A DNA stretch of 64,000 nucleotides from the human T2T-CHM13v2.0 reference genome, Homo sapiens, in the NCBI RefSeq assembly GCF_009914755.1, contig NC_060941.1; one strand, given 5' to 3'. The position numbers and the translations under genes are program-made. Position 1 is the first letter of the stretch. Every line of letters starts with the position of its first letter. The notes under the pieces were generated by a model. It did not search any database. It was not told the DNA's origin and was given only the letters and a program-made list of their open reading frames with translations. Shown piece by piece: positions 12,470-25,700 of this stretch.

Positions 12470-14790
12470 GGGTTGATACCAGTCCATTCCATTCCATTCC
12501 ATTCCATTCCATTCGATTTCAGTTGATTCTATTCCTTTCTATTCCATTAAATGCCATTCCATTCCCTTGCATTACATTCCAGTTAAATCCGTTATATTCC
12601 ATTCCATTCCATTCCACTCGGGTTCATTCCATTCTGTTGTATTCCATTCCATTCCATTCTATTCCATACCATTCCATTCCATTGCATTCCACTCGGGTTG
12701 ATTCTATTCCATTCTGTTCCATTGCATTCCATTCCGCTCCGTTCCATTCCATTGCATTCCATTCGGGTTGATTCAATTCCATTCTATTCCATTCCATTCC
12801 ATTCCTTTCCACGCGAGTTGATAAAATTCCATTCTATTCCTTTCCTTTCAATTCCATTCCATTCCATTCCACTCTGGTTGATTACATTCCATTCCATGCC
12901 GTTCTATTCCACTCGGTGTGATTCCTTTCCATTCCATTCCCTTCCATTTCAATCCATTGCTTTCCTTTCCATTCCAATTAATACAATTCCATTCTATTCG
13001 ATTCCATTCCATTCCATTCCATTCCATTCCATTCCATTCCATTCCATTCCATTCCAGTTGATTCCATTGCATTCCTTTCGATTCCATTCCATTCCATTCC
13101 ATTCCATTCCATTCCATTCCATTCCATTCCATTCCACTCGGGTTGATTCCATTCCATTCCAGTCCATTCCATTCCACTCGGATGGGTTCCATTCCATTCC
13201 AGTCCATTCCATTCCACTCGGATGGGTTCCATTCCATTCCATTCCATTCCTTTCCATTCCATTCCGTTCCACTCGGGTTGATTCCATTCCAATCCATTCC
13301 ATTCCAATCCATTCCTTTCCGTTCCATTCCATTCCATTCCATTCCATTCCGTTCCATTGCACTAGTTTTGTTTCCATTCCAGTCCATTCCATTCCATTCA
13401 AATCCATTCCATTCCACTCCATTCCACTGGGATTGATTCAATTCCATTCTATTCCATTCCATTCCATTCCTTTCCATTCCATTACAATGCATTCCACTCA
13501 AGTTGATTCCATTCCATTCCATTCCATTCCATTGCATTCCATTCCATTGCACTCCATTCCATTCCTTTCCACTCGTGTTGATTCCATTCCGTTCCATTCC
13601 ATTCCAATACATTCCATTCCATTCCATTCCATTCGATTCCATTCCACTGGGGTTGGTTCCATTGCATTCCATTCCATTCCATACCATTCCATTCCATTCC
13701 AGTTGATGCAAATACTTTCTATTCGATTCAATTCCATTCCATTCCACTCCGTTCCCTTCCATTCTATTCCATTCCATTGCATTCCATTCCATTCCAGTTG
13801 ATTCAATACCATTCTATTCCATGCAATTCCATTCGATTCCACTCCATTCGATTTCATTGCATTCCACTCGGGTAGATTCCATTCCATTTCATTCCATTCC
13901 ATTCCATTCCATTCATTTCCTGTTGATTTCCTTCCATTCCATTCCATTATATTCCACTCGGGTTGTTTCCATCGCATTCCATTCCATTCCATTCCATTCT
14001 ATTCCATTCCACTCCAGTTGAATCAATTTGATTTTATTCCATATCATTCCATTCCATTCCATTCCATACCATTCCATTCCATTCCATTCCATTCCATTCC
14101 ATTCCATTCCATTCCATTCCGTTCCAGTTGATTCAATTCCATACTATTGTATTCTTTTCTATTCTATTTGATTCCATTCCATTCCATTCCTCTCGGATGG
14201 ATTCCATACCATTCCATTCCATTCCGTTCCATTCCATTCGTGTTGTTTCCATTCCATTCCATTCCATTCCATTCGAATTCATTCCATTCCTCTCCATGTC
14301 ACAGGGATTGATTCAATTCCATTCTAACCCATTCCATTCCACTCCATTACATTCGATAACATTACATTCCACTCAGTTTGATTCAACTCCATTCCATTCC
14401 ATTCCATTCATTTCTATTACACGGCGGTTGATTCCATTCCATTCCCTTCCATTCCATTCCACTCGAATGGATTCAATTCCATTCTGTTCCATTCTATTCC
14501 ATTCCATTCCATTCCATTCCATTCCATTCCATTCCATTCCACTCGGGTTCATTCCATTCCATTCCTTTCCATTCCATTCCACTAGGGTTGATTTCCTTGC
14601 ATTCCATTCGAATCCATTCCATTCCATTCCATTCCATTCCATTCCATTCCATTCCATTCCATTCCATTCCATTCCACTTGGGTTGATTCCATTCCATTTC
14701 ATTCATTTCCATTCCATTCCATTCCATTCCACTCGGGTTGATTCAATTCCATTCTATTCCAATCCATTCCGTTCCATTCCATTCCACTCG
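12470..14790 (+). repeat. Short-cycle ~2.3-kb unit
   Basis: Marker spacing 12813 to 15142 is 2329 bp. It ends in the CATACTATTGTATTCTTTTC...ACACGGCGGTTG module. Confidence 0.8.
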
Positions 14791-17700
14791 TGTTGATACC
14801 AGTCCATTCCATTCCATTCCATTCCATTCCATTCCATTCCATTCGATTTCAGTTGATTCTATTCCTTTCTATTCGATTAAATGCCATTCCATTCCATTCC
14901 ATTACATTCCAGTTAAATCCGTTATATTCCATTCCATTCCATTCCACTCGGGTTCATTCCATTCTGTTGGATTCCATTCCATTCCATTCTATTCCATACC
15001 ATTCCATTCCATTGCATTCACTCGGGTTGATTCTATTCCATTCTGTTCCATTGCATTCCATTCCGCTCCGTTCCATTCCATTGCATTCCACTCGGGTTGA
15101 TTCAATTCCATTCTATTCCATTCCATTCCATTCCTTTCCACGCGAGTTGATAAAATTCCATTCTATTCCTTTCCTTTCAATTCCATTCCATTCCATTCCA
15201 CTCTGGTTGATTACATTCCATTCCATGCCGTTCTATTCCACACGGTGTGATTCCTTTCCATTCCATTCCCTTCCATTTCAATCCATTGCTTTCCTTTCCA
15301 TTCCAATTAATACAATTCCATTCTATTCGATTCTATTCCTTTCCATTCCATTCCATTCCATTCCATTCCATTCCAGTTGATTCCATTCTATTCCTTTTGA
15401 TTCCATTCCATTCCATTCTTTTCGATTCCATTCCATTCCATTCCATTCCATTCCATTCCTTTCCAGTTGATTCCATTCCATTCCTTTCGATTCCATTCCA
15501 TTCCATTCCATTCCATTCCATTCCATTCCACTTGGGTTGATTCCATTCCATTCCAGTCCATTCCATTCCACTCGGATGGGTTCCATTCCATTCCATTCCA
15601 TTCCTTTCCATTCCATTCCGTTCCACTAGGGTTGATTCCATTCCAATTCATTCCATTCCAATCCATTCCTTTCCGTTCCGTTCCATTCCATTCCATTCCA
15701 TTCCATTCCATTCCATTCCGTTCCATTACACTGGTTTTGTTTCCATTCCAGTCCATTCCATTCCATTCAAATCCATTCCATTCCACTCCATTCCACTAGG
15801 ATTGATTCAATTCCATTCTATTCCATTCCATTCCATTCCATTCCTTTCCATTCCATTACAATGCATTCCACTCAAGTTGATTCCATTCCATTCCATTCCA
15901 TTCCATTGCATTCCATTCCATTGCACTCCATTCCATTCCTTTGCACTCGTGTTGATTCCATTCCGTTCCATTCCATTCCAATACATTCCATTCCATTCCA
16001 TTCCATTCGATTCCATTCCACTGGGGTTGGTTCCATTGCATTCCATTCCATTCCATACCATTCCATTCCATTCCAGTTGATGCAAATACTTTCTATTCGA
16101 TTCAATTCCATTCCATTCCACTCCGTTCCCTTCCATTCTATTCCATTCCATTGCATTCCATTCCATTCCAGTTGATTCAATACCATTCTATTCTGTGCAA
16201 TTCCATTCGATTCCACTCCATTCGATTTCATTGCATTCCACTCGGGTAGATTCCATTCCATTTCATTCCATTCCATTCCATTCATTTCCAGTTGATTCCC
16301 TTCCATTCCATTCCATTATATTCCACTCAGGTTGTTTCCATCGCATTCCATTCCATTCCATTCCATTCTATTCCATTCCACTCCAGTTGAATCAATTTGA
16401 TTCTATTCTATATCATTCCATTCCATTCCATTCCATACCATTCCATTCCATTCCATTCCATTCCATTCCGTTCCAGTTGATTCAATTCCATTCTATTCCT
16501 TTCCATTCAATTTCATTCGATTCCATTCGATTCCATTCCACTCCATTCCAATCTGTTCCATTCCAATGCATTCCTTTCCATTCCATGCCATGCCACTGAG
16601 GTTGATTCAATTCCATTCTATTCCATTCCATGGCATTCCATTCCATTCCAGTTGATTCAATTCCATTATATTCCATTCCATGCCATTCCTTTCCATTCCA
16701 TTCCATGCCATTCCTTTCCATTCCATTCCATTCCAGTTGAATCCTTTCCATTCCATTCCATTCCATTCCATTCCATTCCATTCCATTCCACACTGGTTGA
16801 TTAAATTCCATTCCATTCCATTCCATTCCATTCCAATTGATTCAATTCCATTCTATTTCATGTCACTCCATTCCATTGCATTCCATTTGTTTCCATTTCA
16901 TTCCATTCCACTCCACATGATTCATTTCCATTCTATTCCACTCCATTCCATTCCAATCCATTCCAGTTGATTCAATTCCATTCTATTCAATTTCATTCCA
17001 TTCCATTCCATTCCATTCCATTCCAGTTGATGCATTTCCATTGTATTCCATTCCATTCTATTCCATTCCATTACATTCCGTTCCGTTCGTTTGATTGGCA
17101 TTGCATTCCACTGCATTCCATTCCATTCCATTCCATTCCATTCTACTCGGGTTGATTTAATTCCATTCTATTGCTTTCCATTCCATTCCAATCCATTCCA
17201 TTCCATTGCAGTTGATTGAATTCTATTGTAATTCATTCCTTTCCATTCCATTCCATTCCATTCCATCCCAGTTGATTTAATTCCATTGTATTCCATTCCA
17301 TTGCATTCCATTCCATTCCAGTAGATTCAATTCCATTCTTTTCCATTCCATTCCATTTCGTTCCATTTCATTCCATTCCATTCCACTCGATTTGATTCAG
17401 TTCTATTTCATTCCATTAAATTCCATTCCACTACGGTTGATTTATTTCCATTCTATTCCATTCCATCGCACTCCTTTCCATTCCATTCTATTGCATTCCA
17501 TTCCGTTCCATTCCATTCCATTCCACTGCATTCCAGTTGATTCCATTCCATTCCATTCCATTCCATTCTATTCCATTCAATTCGTTTCGAGTCCAGGTGA
17601 TTCAATTTCATTCTATTCCACTCCATTCTATACCATTTCATTCCATTAAATTCCATTCCACTAGGCTTGATTCAATTCTGTTCCATTCCATTCCATTCCA

Positions 17701-20090
17701 TTGCACTAGGTTTGATTCAATTCCATTCCCTTCCGTTCCAATCCATTCCATTCCATTCTATTCCTTTAAATTCCTTTGCTTTCTACTCGGGTTGATTCTA
17801 TTCCATTCTTTTCCATAGCATTCCATACCATTCCATTCCATTCTACTCCACTCGGGTTCATCCAATTCCATTCCATTCCATTCCATTCCATTCCATTCCA
17901 TTCCATTCCATTCTACTCCACTCGGGTTCATCCAGTTCCATTCCATTCCATTCCATTCCATTCCATTCCATTCCATTCCATTCCTTTCCAATCCATTCCA
18001 CTCCAGTCGGGTTGACTCAATTCCATTCTATTCATTTCCATTCCATTCCATTCCATTCCTTTCCATTCCATTCCATTCCATTCCATTCCATTCCATTCCA
18101 TTCCATTCCATTCCTTTCCATTACATTACATTGCATTCCATTCCACTCGGGTTGATTGCATTCCATTGATTCCATGTCATTCCAATCCATTCCATCCCAT
18201 TGCATTCCAGTTGATTCAATTCCATACCATTCCATTCCATTCCATTCCATTCCATTCCATTGCGCTCCATTCCATTGCATTCCACTCGCCTTGATTCAAT
18301 TCTATTCTATTCCATTCCATTCCATTCCATTCCATTCCATTCCATTCCACTCGGTTTGATTCCATTCCATTCCATTCCATTCCATTCCATTCCATTCCAG
18401 TTGATTCAATTCCGTTCTATTCCATTCTTTTTCATTCCATTCCATTCCATTCCATTCCATTCCAATCCAGTTCATTCCATTCCAGTTCATTCCATTCCAT
18501 TCCATTCCATTCCATTCCATTCCATTCCAGTTTATTCCATTCCACTCCATTCCCTTCCATTCGAGTCCATTCCATTCCATTTCATACCATTCCATTCCAC
18601 TCAGATTGATTGAATTCCAATCTATTTCATTCCATTCCATTCCATTCCACTCGGGTTGATTCCATTCCATTCCATTCCTTACAATTCAAATCCATTCCCT
18701 TCCATTTGATTCAATTCCATTCCATTCCATTTCACTCGATTCCATTCCATTCCATTCCAATCCATTCCATTCCTTTCCACTCTGTTTGACTCCATTCCAT
18801 TCCTTGCCATTCGGTTCCATTCCGTCCCATTCCACTGTGGTTGATTCCATTCCATTCCATTCCATTCCATTCCATTCAGTTCCACTCCATTCGATTCCAC
18901 TCGTGTTGATTCCATTCCATTCCATTCCATTCCATTGCATTCCATTCCAGTTGATTCAATTCAATTCCATTCCATTCCGTTCCATTTCTTTCCATTTCAT
19001 TCCATTCCATTCCACTCGGGTTGATTCAGTTCTATTCCATTACATTAAATTCCATTCCACTTGGTTTGATTCAATTCCATTCTATTCCATTCCATCGCAC
19101 TCCATTCCATTCCATTCCATTCCATAACATTCCATTCCATTCCATTCCGCTCCATTCCATTGCATTCCACTGGCCTTGATTCCATTCTATTCTATTCCAT
19201 TCCATTCCATTCCATTACACTCGGTTTGATTCCATTCCATTCCATTCCATTCCATTCCATTCCATTCCTTTCCATTCCATTCCATTCCATTCCAATACAG
19301 TTCATTCCATTCCATTCCATTCCATTTCTTTCCATTTCATTCCATTCCTTTCCACTCGGGTTGATTCAGTTCTATTCCATTCCATTAAATTCCATTCCAC
19401 TTGGGTTGATTCAATTCCATTCTATTCCGTTCCGTCGCACTCCATTCCATTCCATTCCATTCCATTCCATTCCATTCCATTGCATTCCATTCCATTGCAT
19501 TACAGTTCATTCCATTCCATTCCATTCCATTCTATTCCATTCAATTCCATTCGAGTCCAGTTGATTCAATTCCATTCTATTCCACTCCATTCTATTCCAT
19601 TTCATTCAATTAAATTCCATTCCACTAGGCTTGATTCAATTCTATTCCATTCCATTCCATTCCATTCCATTCCACTAGGTTTGATTCAATTCCATTCCCT
19701 TCCGTTGCAATCCATTCCATTCCGTTCCATTCTTTTAATTTCCTTTGCATTCCACTCGGGTTGATTCTATTCCACTCTATTCCATTCCATTCCACACCAT
19801 TCCATTCTATTCATTCCATTCCAGTCCACTTGGGTTCATCCAATTCCATTCTAATCCATTCCATTCCATTCCAATCCATTCCACTCCAGTTGGGTTGACT
19901 GAATTCCATTCTATTCATTTCCATTCCATTCCATTCCATTCCATTCCATTCCATTCCATTCCATTCCTTTCCGTTGCATTCCGTTCCATTCCAATCCTTT
20001 CCATTCCATTCCATTCCATTCCATTCCATTCCACTCGGGTTGACTCCATTCCATTCCATTCCAATCCATTCCGTTCCATTCCATTCCACT
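14790..20090 (+). repeat. Long-cycle ~5.3-kb unit (complete)
   Basis: Marker spacing 15142 to 20435 is 5293 bp, with the same module order as 33570-38800. Confidence 0.82.
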
Positions 20091-22729
20091 CGGGTTGATA
20101 CCAGTCCATTCCATTCCATTCCATTCCATTCCATTCGATTTCAGTTGATTCTATTCCTTTCTATTCGATTAAATGCCATTCCATTCCATTCCATTACATT
20201 CCAGTTAAATCCGTTATATTCCATTCCATTCCATTCCACTCGGGTTCATTCCATTCTGTTGGATTCCATTCCATTCCATTCTATTCCATACCATTCCATT
20301 CCATTGCATTCCACTCGGGTTGATTCTATTCCATTCTGTTCTATTGCATTCCATTCCGCTCCGTTCCATTCCATTGCATTCCATTCGGGTTGATTCAATT
20401 CCATTCTATTCCATTCCATTCCATTCCTTTCCACGCGAGTTGATAAAATTCCATTCTATTCCTTTCCTTTCAATTCCATTCCATTCCATTCCACTCTGGT
20501 TGATTACATTCCATTCCATGCCATTCTATTCCACTCGGTTTGATTCCTTTCCATTCCATTCCCTTCCATTTCAATCCATTGCTTTCCTTTCCATTCCAAT
20601 TAATACAATTCCATTCTATTCGATTCCATTCCTTTCCATTCCATTCCATTCCATTCCATTCCACTAGGGTTGATTCCATTCCAATTCATTCCATTCCAAT
20701 CCATTCCTTTCCGTTCCGTTCCATTCCATTCCATTCCATTCCATTCCATTCCATTCCGTTCCATTACACTAGTTTTGTTTCCATTCCAGTCCATTCCATT
20801 CCATTCAAATCCATTCCATTCCACTCCATTCCACTAGGATTGATTCAATTCCATTCTATTCCATTCCATTCCATTCCATTCCTTTCCATTCCATTACAAT
20901 GCATTCCACTCAAGTTGATTCCATTCCATTCCATTCCATTCCATTGCATTCCATTCCATTGCACTCCATTCCATTCCTTTGCACTCGTGTTGATTCCATT
21001 CTGTTCCATTCCATTCCAATACATTCCATTCCATTCCATTCCATTCGATTCCATTCCACTGGGGTTGGTTCCATTGCATTCCATTCCATTCCATACCATT
21101 CCATTCCATTCCAGTTGATGCAAATACTTTCTATTCGATTCAATTCCATTCCATTCCACTCCGTTCCCTTCCATTCTATTCCATTCCATTGCATTCCATT
21201 CCATTCCCGTTGATTCAATACCATTCTATTCTGTGCAATTCCATTCGATTCCACTCCATTCGATTTCATTGCATTCCACTCGGGTAGATTCCATTCCATT
21301 TCATTCCATTCCATTCCATTCATTTCCAGTTGATTCCCTTCCATTCCATTCCATTATATTCCACTCAGGTTGTTTCCATCGCATTCCATTCCATTCCATT
21401 CCATTCTATTCCATTCCACTCCAGTTGAATCAATTTGATTCTATTCCATATCATTCCATTCCATTCCATTCCATACCATTCCATTCCATTCCATTCCATT
21501 CCATTCCGTTCCAGTTGATTCAATTCCATTCTATTCCTTTCCATTCAATTTCATTCGATTCCATTCGATTCCATTCCACTCCATTCCAATCTGTTCCATT
21601 CCAATGCATTCCTTTCCATTCCATGCCATGCCACTGAGGTTGATTCAATTCCATTCTATTCCATTCCATGGCATTCCATTCCATTCCAGTTGATTCAGTT
21701 CCATTATATTCCATTCCATGCCATTCCTTTCCATTCCATTCCATGCCATTCCTTTCCATTCCATTCCATTCCAGTTGAATCCTTTCCATTCCATTCCATT
21801 CCATTCCATTCCATTCCATTCCACACTGGTTGATTAAATTCCATTCCATTCCATTCCATTCCATTCCAATTGATTCAATTCCATTCTATTTCATGTCACT
21901 CCATTCCATTGCATTCCATTTGTTTCCATTTCATTCCATTCCACTCCACATGATTCATTTCCATTCTATTCCACTCCATTCCATTCCAATCCATTCCAGT
22001 TGATTCAATTCCATTCTATTCAATTTCATTCCATTCCATTCCATTCCATTCCATTCCATTCCATTCCATTCCGTTCCAGTTGATTCAATTCCATACTATT
22101 GTATTCTTTTCTATTCTATTTGATTCCATTCCATTCCATTCCTCTCGGATGGATTCCATACCATTCCATTCCATTCCGTTCCATTCCATTCGTGTTGTTT
22201 CCATTCCATTCCATTCCATTCCATTCGAATTCATTCCATTCCTCTCCATGTCACAGGGATTGATTCAATTCCATTCTAACCCATTCCATTCCACTCCATT
22301 ACATTCGATAACATTACATTCCACTCAGTTTGATTCAACTCCATTCCATTCCATTCCATTCATTTGTATTACACGGCGGTTGATTCCATTCCATTCCCTT
22401 CCATTCCATTCCACTCGAATGGATTCAATTCCATTCTGTTCCATTCTATTCCATTCCATTCCATTCCATTCCATTCCATTCCACTCGGGTTCATTCCATT
22501 CCATTCCTTTCCATTCCATTCCACTAGGGTTGATTTCCTTGCATTCCATTCGAATCCATTCCATTCCATTCCATTCCATTCCATTCCATTCCATTCCATT
22601 CCATTCCACTCGGGTTGATTCCATTCCATTTCATTCATTTCCATTCCATTCCATTCCATTCCATTCCATTCCACTCGGGTTGATTCAATTCCATTCTATT
22701 CCAATCCATTCCGTTCCATTCCATTCCAC

Positions 22730-25700
22730 TCGTGTTGATACCAGTCCATTCCATTCCATTCCATTCCATTCCATTCCATTCGATTTCAGTTGATTCTATT
22801 CCTTTCTATTCGATTAAATGCCATTCCATTCCATTCCATTACATTCCAGTTAAATCCGTTATATTCCATTCCATTCCATTCCACTCGGGTTCATTCCATT
22901 CTGTTGTATTCCATTCCATTCCATTCTATTCCATACCATTCCATTCCATTGCATTCCACTCGGGTTGATTCTATTTCATTCTGTTCCATTGCATTCCATT
23001 CCGCTCCGTTCCATTCCATTGCATTCCACTCGGGTTGATTCAATTCCATTCTATTCCATTCCATTCCATTCCTTTCCACGCGAGTTGATAAAATTCCATT
23101 CTATTCCTTTCCTTTCAATTCCATTCCATTCCATTCCACTCTGGTTGATTCCATTCCATTTCATGCCGTTCTATTCCACACGGTGTGATTCCTTTCCATT
23201 CCATTCCCTTCCATTTCAATCCATTGCTTTCCTTTCCATTCCAATTAATACAATTCCATTCTATTCGATTCCATTCCTTTCCATTCCATTCCATTCCATT
23301 CCATTCCATTCCATTCCAGTTGATTCCATTCCATTCCTTTCGATTCGATTCCATTCCATTCCATTCCATTCCATTCCATTCCATTCCATTCCACTCGGGT
23401 TGATTCCATTCCATTCCAGTCCATTCCATTCCACTCGGATGGGTTCCATTCCATTCCATTCCATTCCTTTCCATTCCATTCCGTTCCACTCGGGTTGATT
23501 CTGTTCCAATCCATTCCATTCCAATCCATTCCTTTCCGTTCCATTCCATTCCATTCCATGCCATTCCATTCCATTCCGTTCCATTGCACTAGTTTTGTTT
23601 CCATTCCAGTCCATTCCATTCCATTCAAATCCATTCCATTCCACTCCATTCCACTGGGATTGATTCAATTCCATTCTATTCCATTCCATTCCATTCCTTT
23701 CCATTCCATTACAATGCATTCCACTCAAGTTGATTCCATTCCATTCCATTCCATTCCATTGCATTCCATTCCATTGCACTGCATTCCATTCCTTTCCACT
23801 CGTGTTGATTCCATTCCGTTCCATTCCATACCAATACATTCCATTCCATTCCATTCCATTCGATTCCATTCCACTGGGGTTGGTTCCATTGCATTCCATT
23901 CCATTCCATACCATTCCATTCCATTCCAGTTGATGCAAATACTTTCTATTCGATTCAATTCCATTCCATTCCACTCCGTTCCCTTCCATTCTATTCCATT
24001 CCATTGCATTCCACTCTGGTTGATTCCATTCCATTCCATGCCATTCTATTCCACTCGGTTTGATTCCTTTCCATTCCGTTCCCTTCCATTTCATTCCATT
24101 GCTTTCCTTTCCATTCCAAGTGATACAATTCCATTCAATTCGATTCCATTCCATTCCATTCCATTCCAGTAGATTCCATTGCATTCCTTTCGATTCCATT
24201 CCATTCCATTCCATTCCATTCCATTCCATTCCAATCGTGTTGATTCCATTCTATTCCATTCCATTCCATTCCATTCCATTCCATTCCATTCCATTCCATT
24301 CCATTCCACTCGGGTTGATTCCATTCTATTCCAGTCCATTCCATTCCACTCGGATGGATTCCATTCCATTCCATTCCATTCCATTCCTTTCCATTCCATT
24401 CCATTCCATTCCACTAGGGTGGATTCCATTGCACTCCATTCCAATCCATTCCATTGCTTTCATTCCATTCCACTGGGGTTGATTCCATTCCATTTCATTC
24501 CTTTCTATTTCATTCCATACCATTACTCTGGGGTTGATTCAATTCCGTTCTATTCCATGCCATTACATTCCATTGCATTGTATTCCATTCCATTCCATTC
24601 CATTAGGGTTAATTCAAATCCATTCTATTCCATTCCTTTCCATTCCATTCCATTCCACTCGTGTTGATTCAATTCCATTCTATTCCATTGCATTCCATTC
24701 CATTCCATTACATTCCAGTTGATTCAATTCCATTCTATTATATGTCATTCCATTCTATTCCATTACTTTCCATTCCATTCCAATCCATTCCATTCCAGAT
24801 TATTCAATTCCATACTATTCAGTTCCTGTACATTCCATTCCAGTCCATTCCCTTCCATTTCATTCCATTGCATTCGAGTTTCTTCCGTTAAATTCCATTC
24901 CATTCCATTGAATTCCATTCCGTTCCATTCCATTCCACTCGCTTTGTTTCCATTCCATTCCATTCCATTCCATTCCATTCCATTCCATTCCAGTTGATTC
25001 AATTCCATTCTTTTCCATTCGGATCCATTCCATTCCATACAATTCCATTCCATTCCATTCCAATTGATTCCATTCCATTCCCTTCCAATGCATTGCATTC
25101 CATTCCATTCCATTACATTCCACTCCACTCGGATTGATACAATTCCATTCTATTCCATTCCATTCCATTCCATTTAATTCCATTGGATTCCATTGCATTC
25201 CATTCGACTTGGGTTGAATTCATTCCACTCCATTCCATTCCATTCCATTCCATTACATTCCGTTCCGTTCCTTTGATTGGCATTGCATTCCACTGCATTC
25301 CATTCCATTCCATTCCATTCTACTCGGGTTGATTTAATTCCATTCTATTGCTTTCCATTCCATTCCAATCCATTCCATTCCATTGCAGTTGATTGAATTC
25401 TATTGTAATTCATTCCTTTCCATTCCATTCCATTCCATCCCAGTTGATTTAATTCCATTCTATTCCATTCCATTGCATTCCATTCCATTCCAGTTGATTC
25501 AATTCCATTCTATTCCATTCCATTCCATTTCGTTCCATTTCATTCCATTCCATTCCACTCGATTTGATTCAGTTGTATTCCATTACATTAAATTCCATTC
25601 CACTAGGGTTGATTCATTTCCATTCTATTCCATTCCATCGCACTCCATTCCATTCCATTCTATTCCATTCCATTGCGTTCCATTCCATTCCATTCCACTG

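Noticed and set aside
24010-25250. Divergent block as a mobile element
   Set aside because: It remains on the CATTC lattice and has no terminal repeats, target-site duplication or coding capacity.
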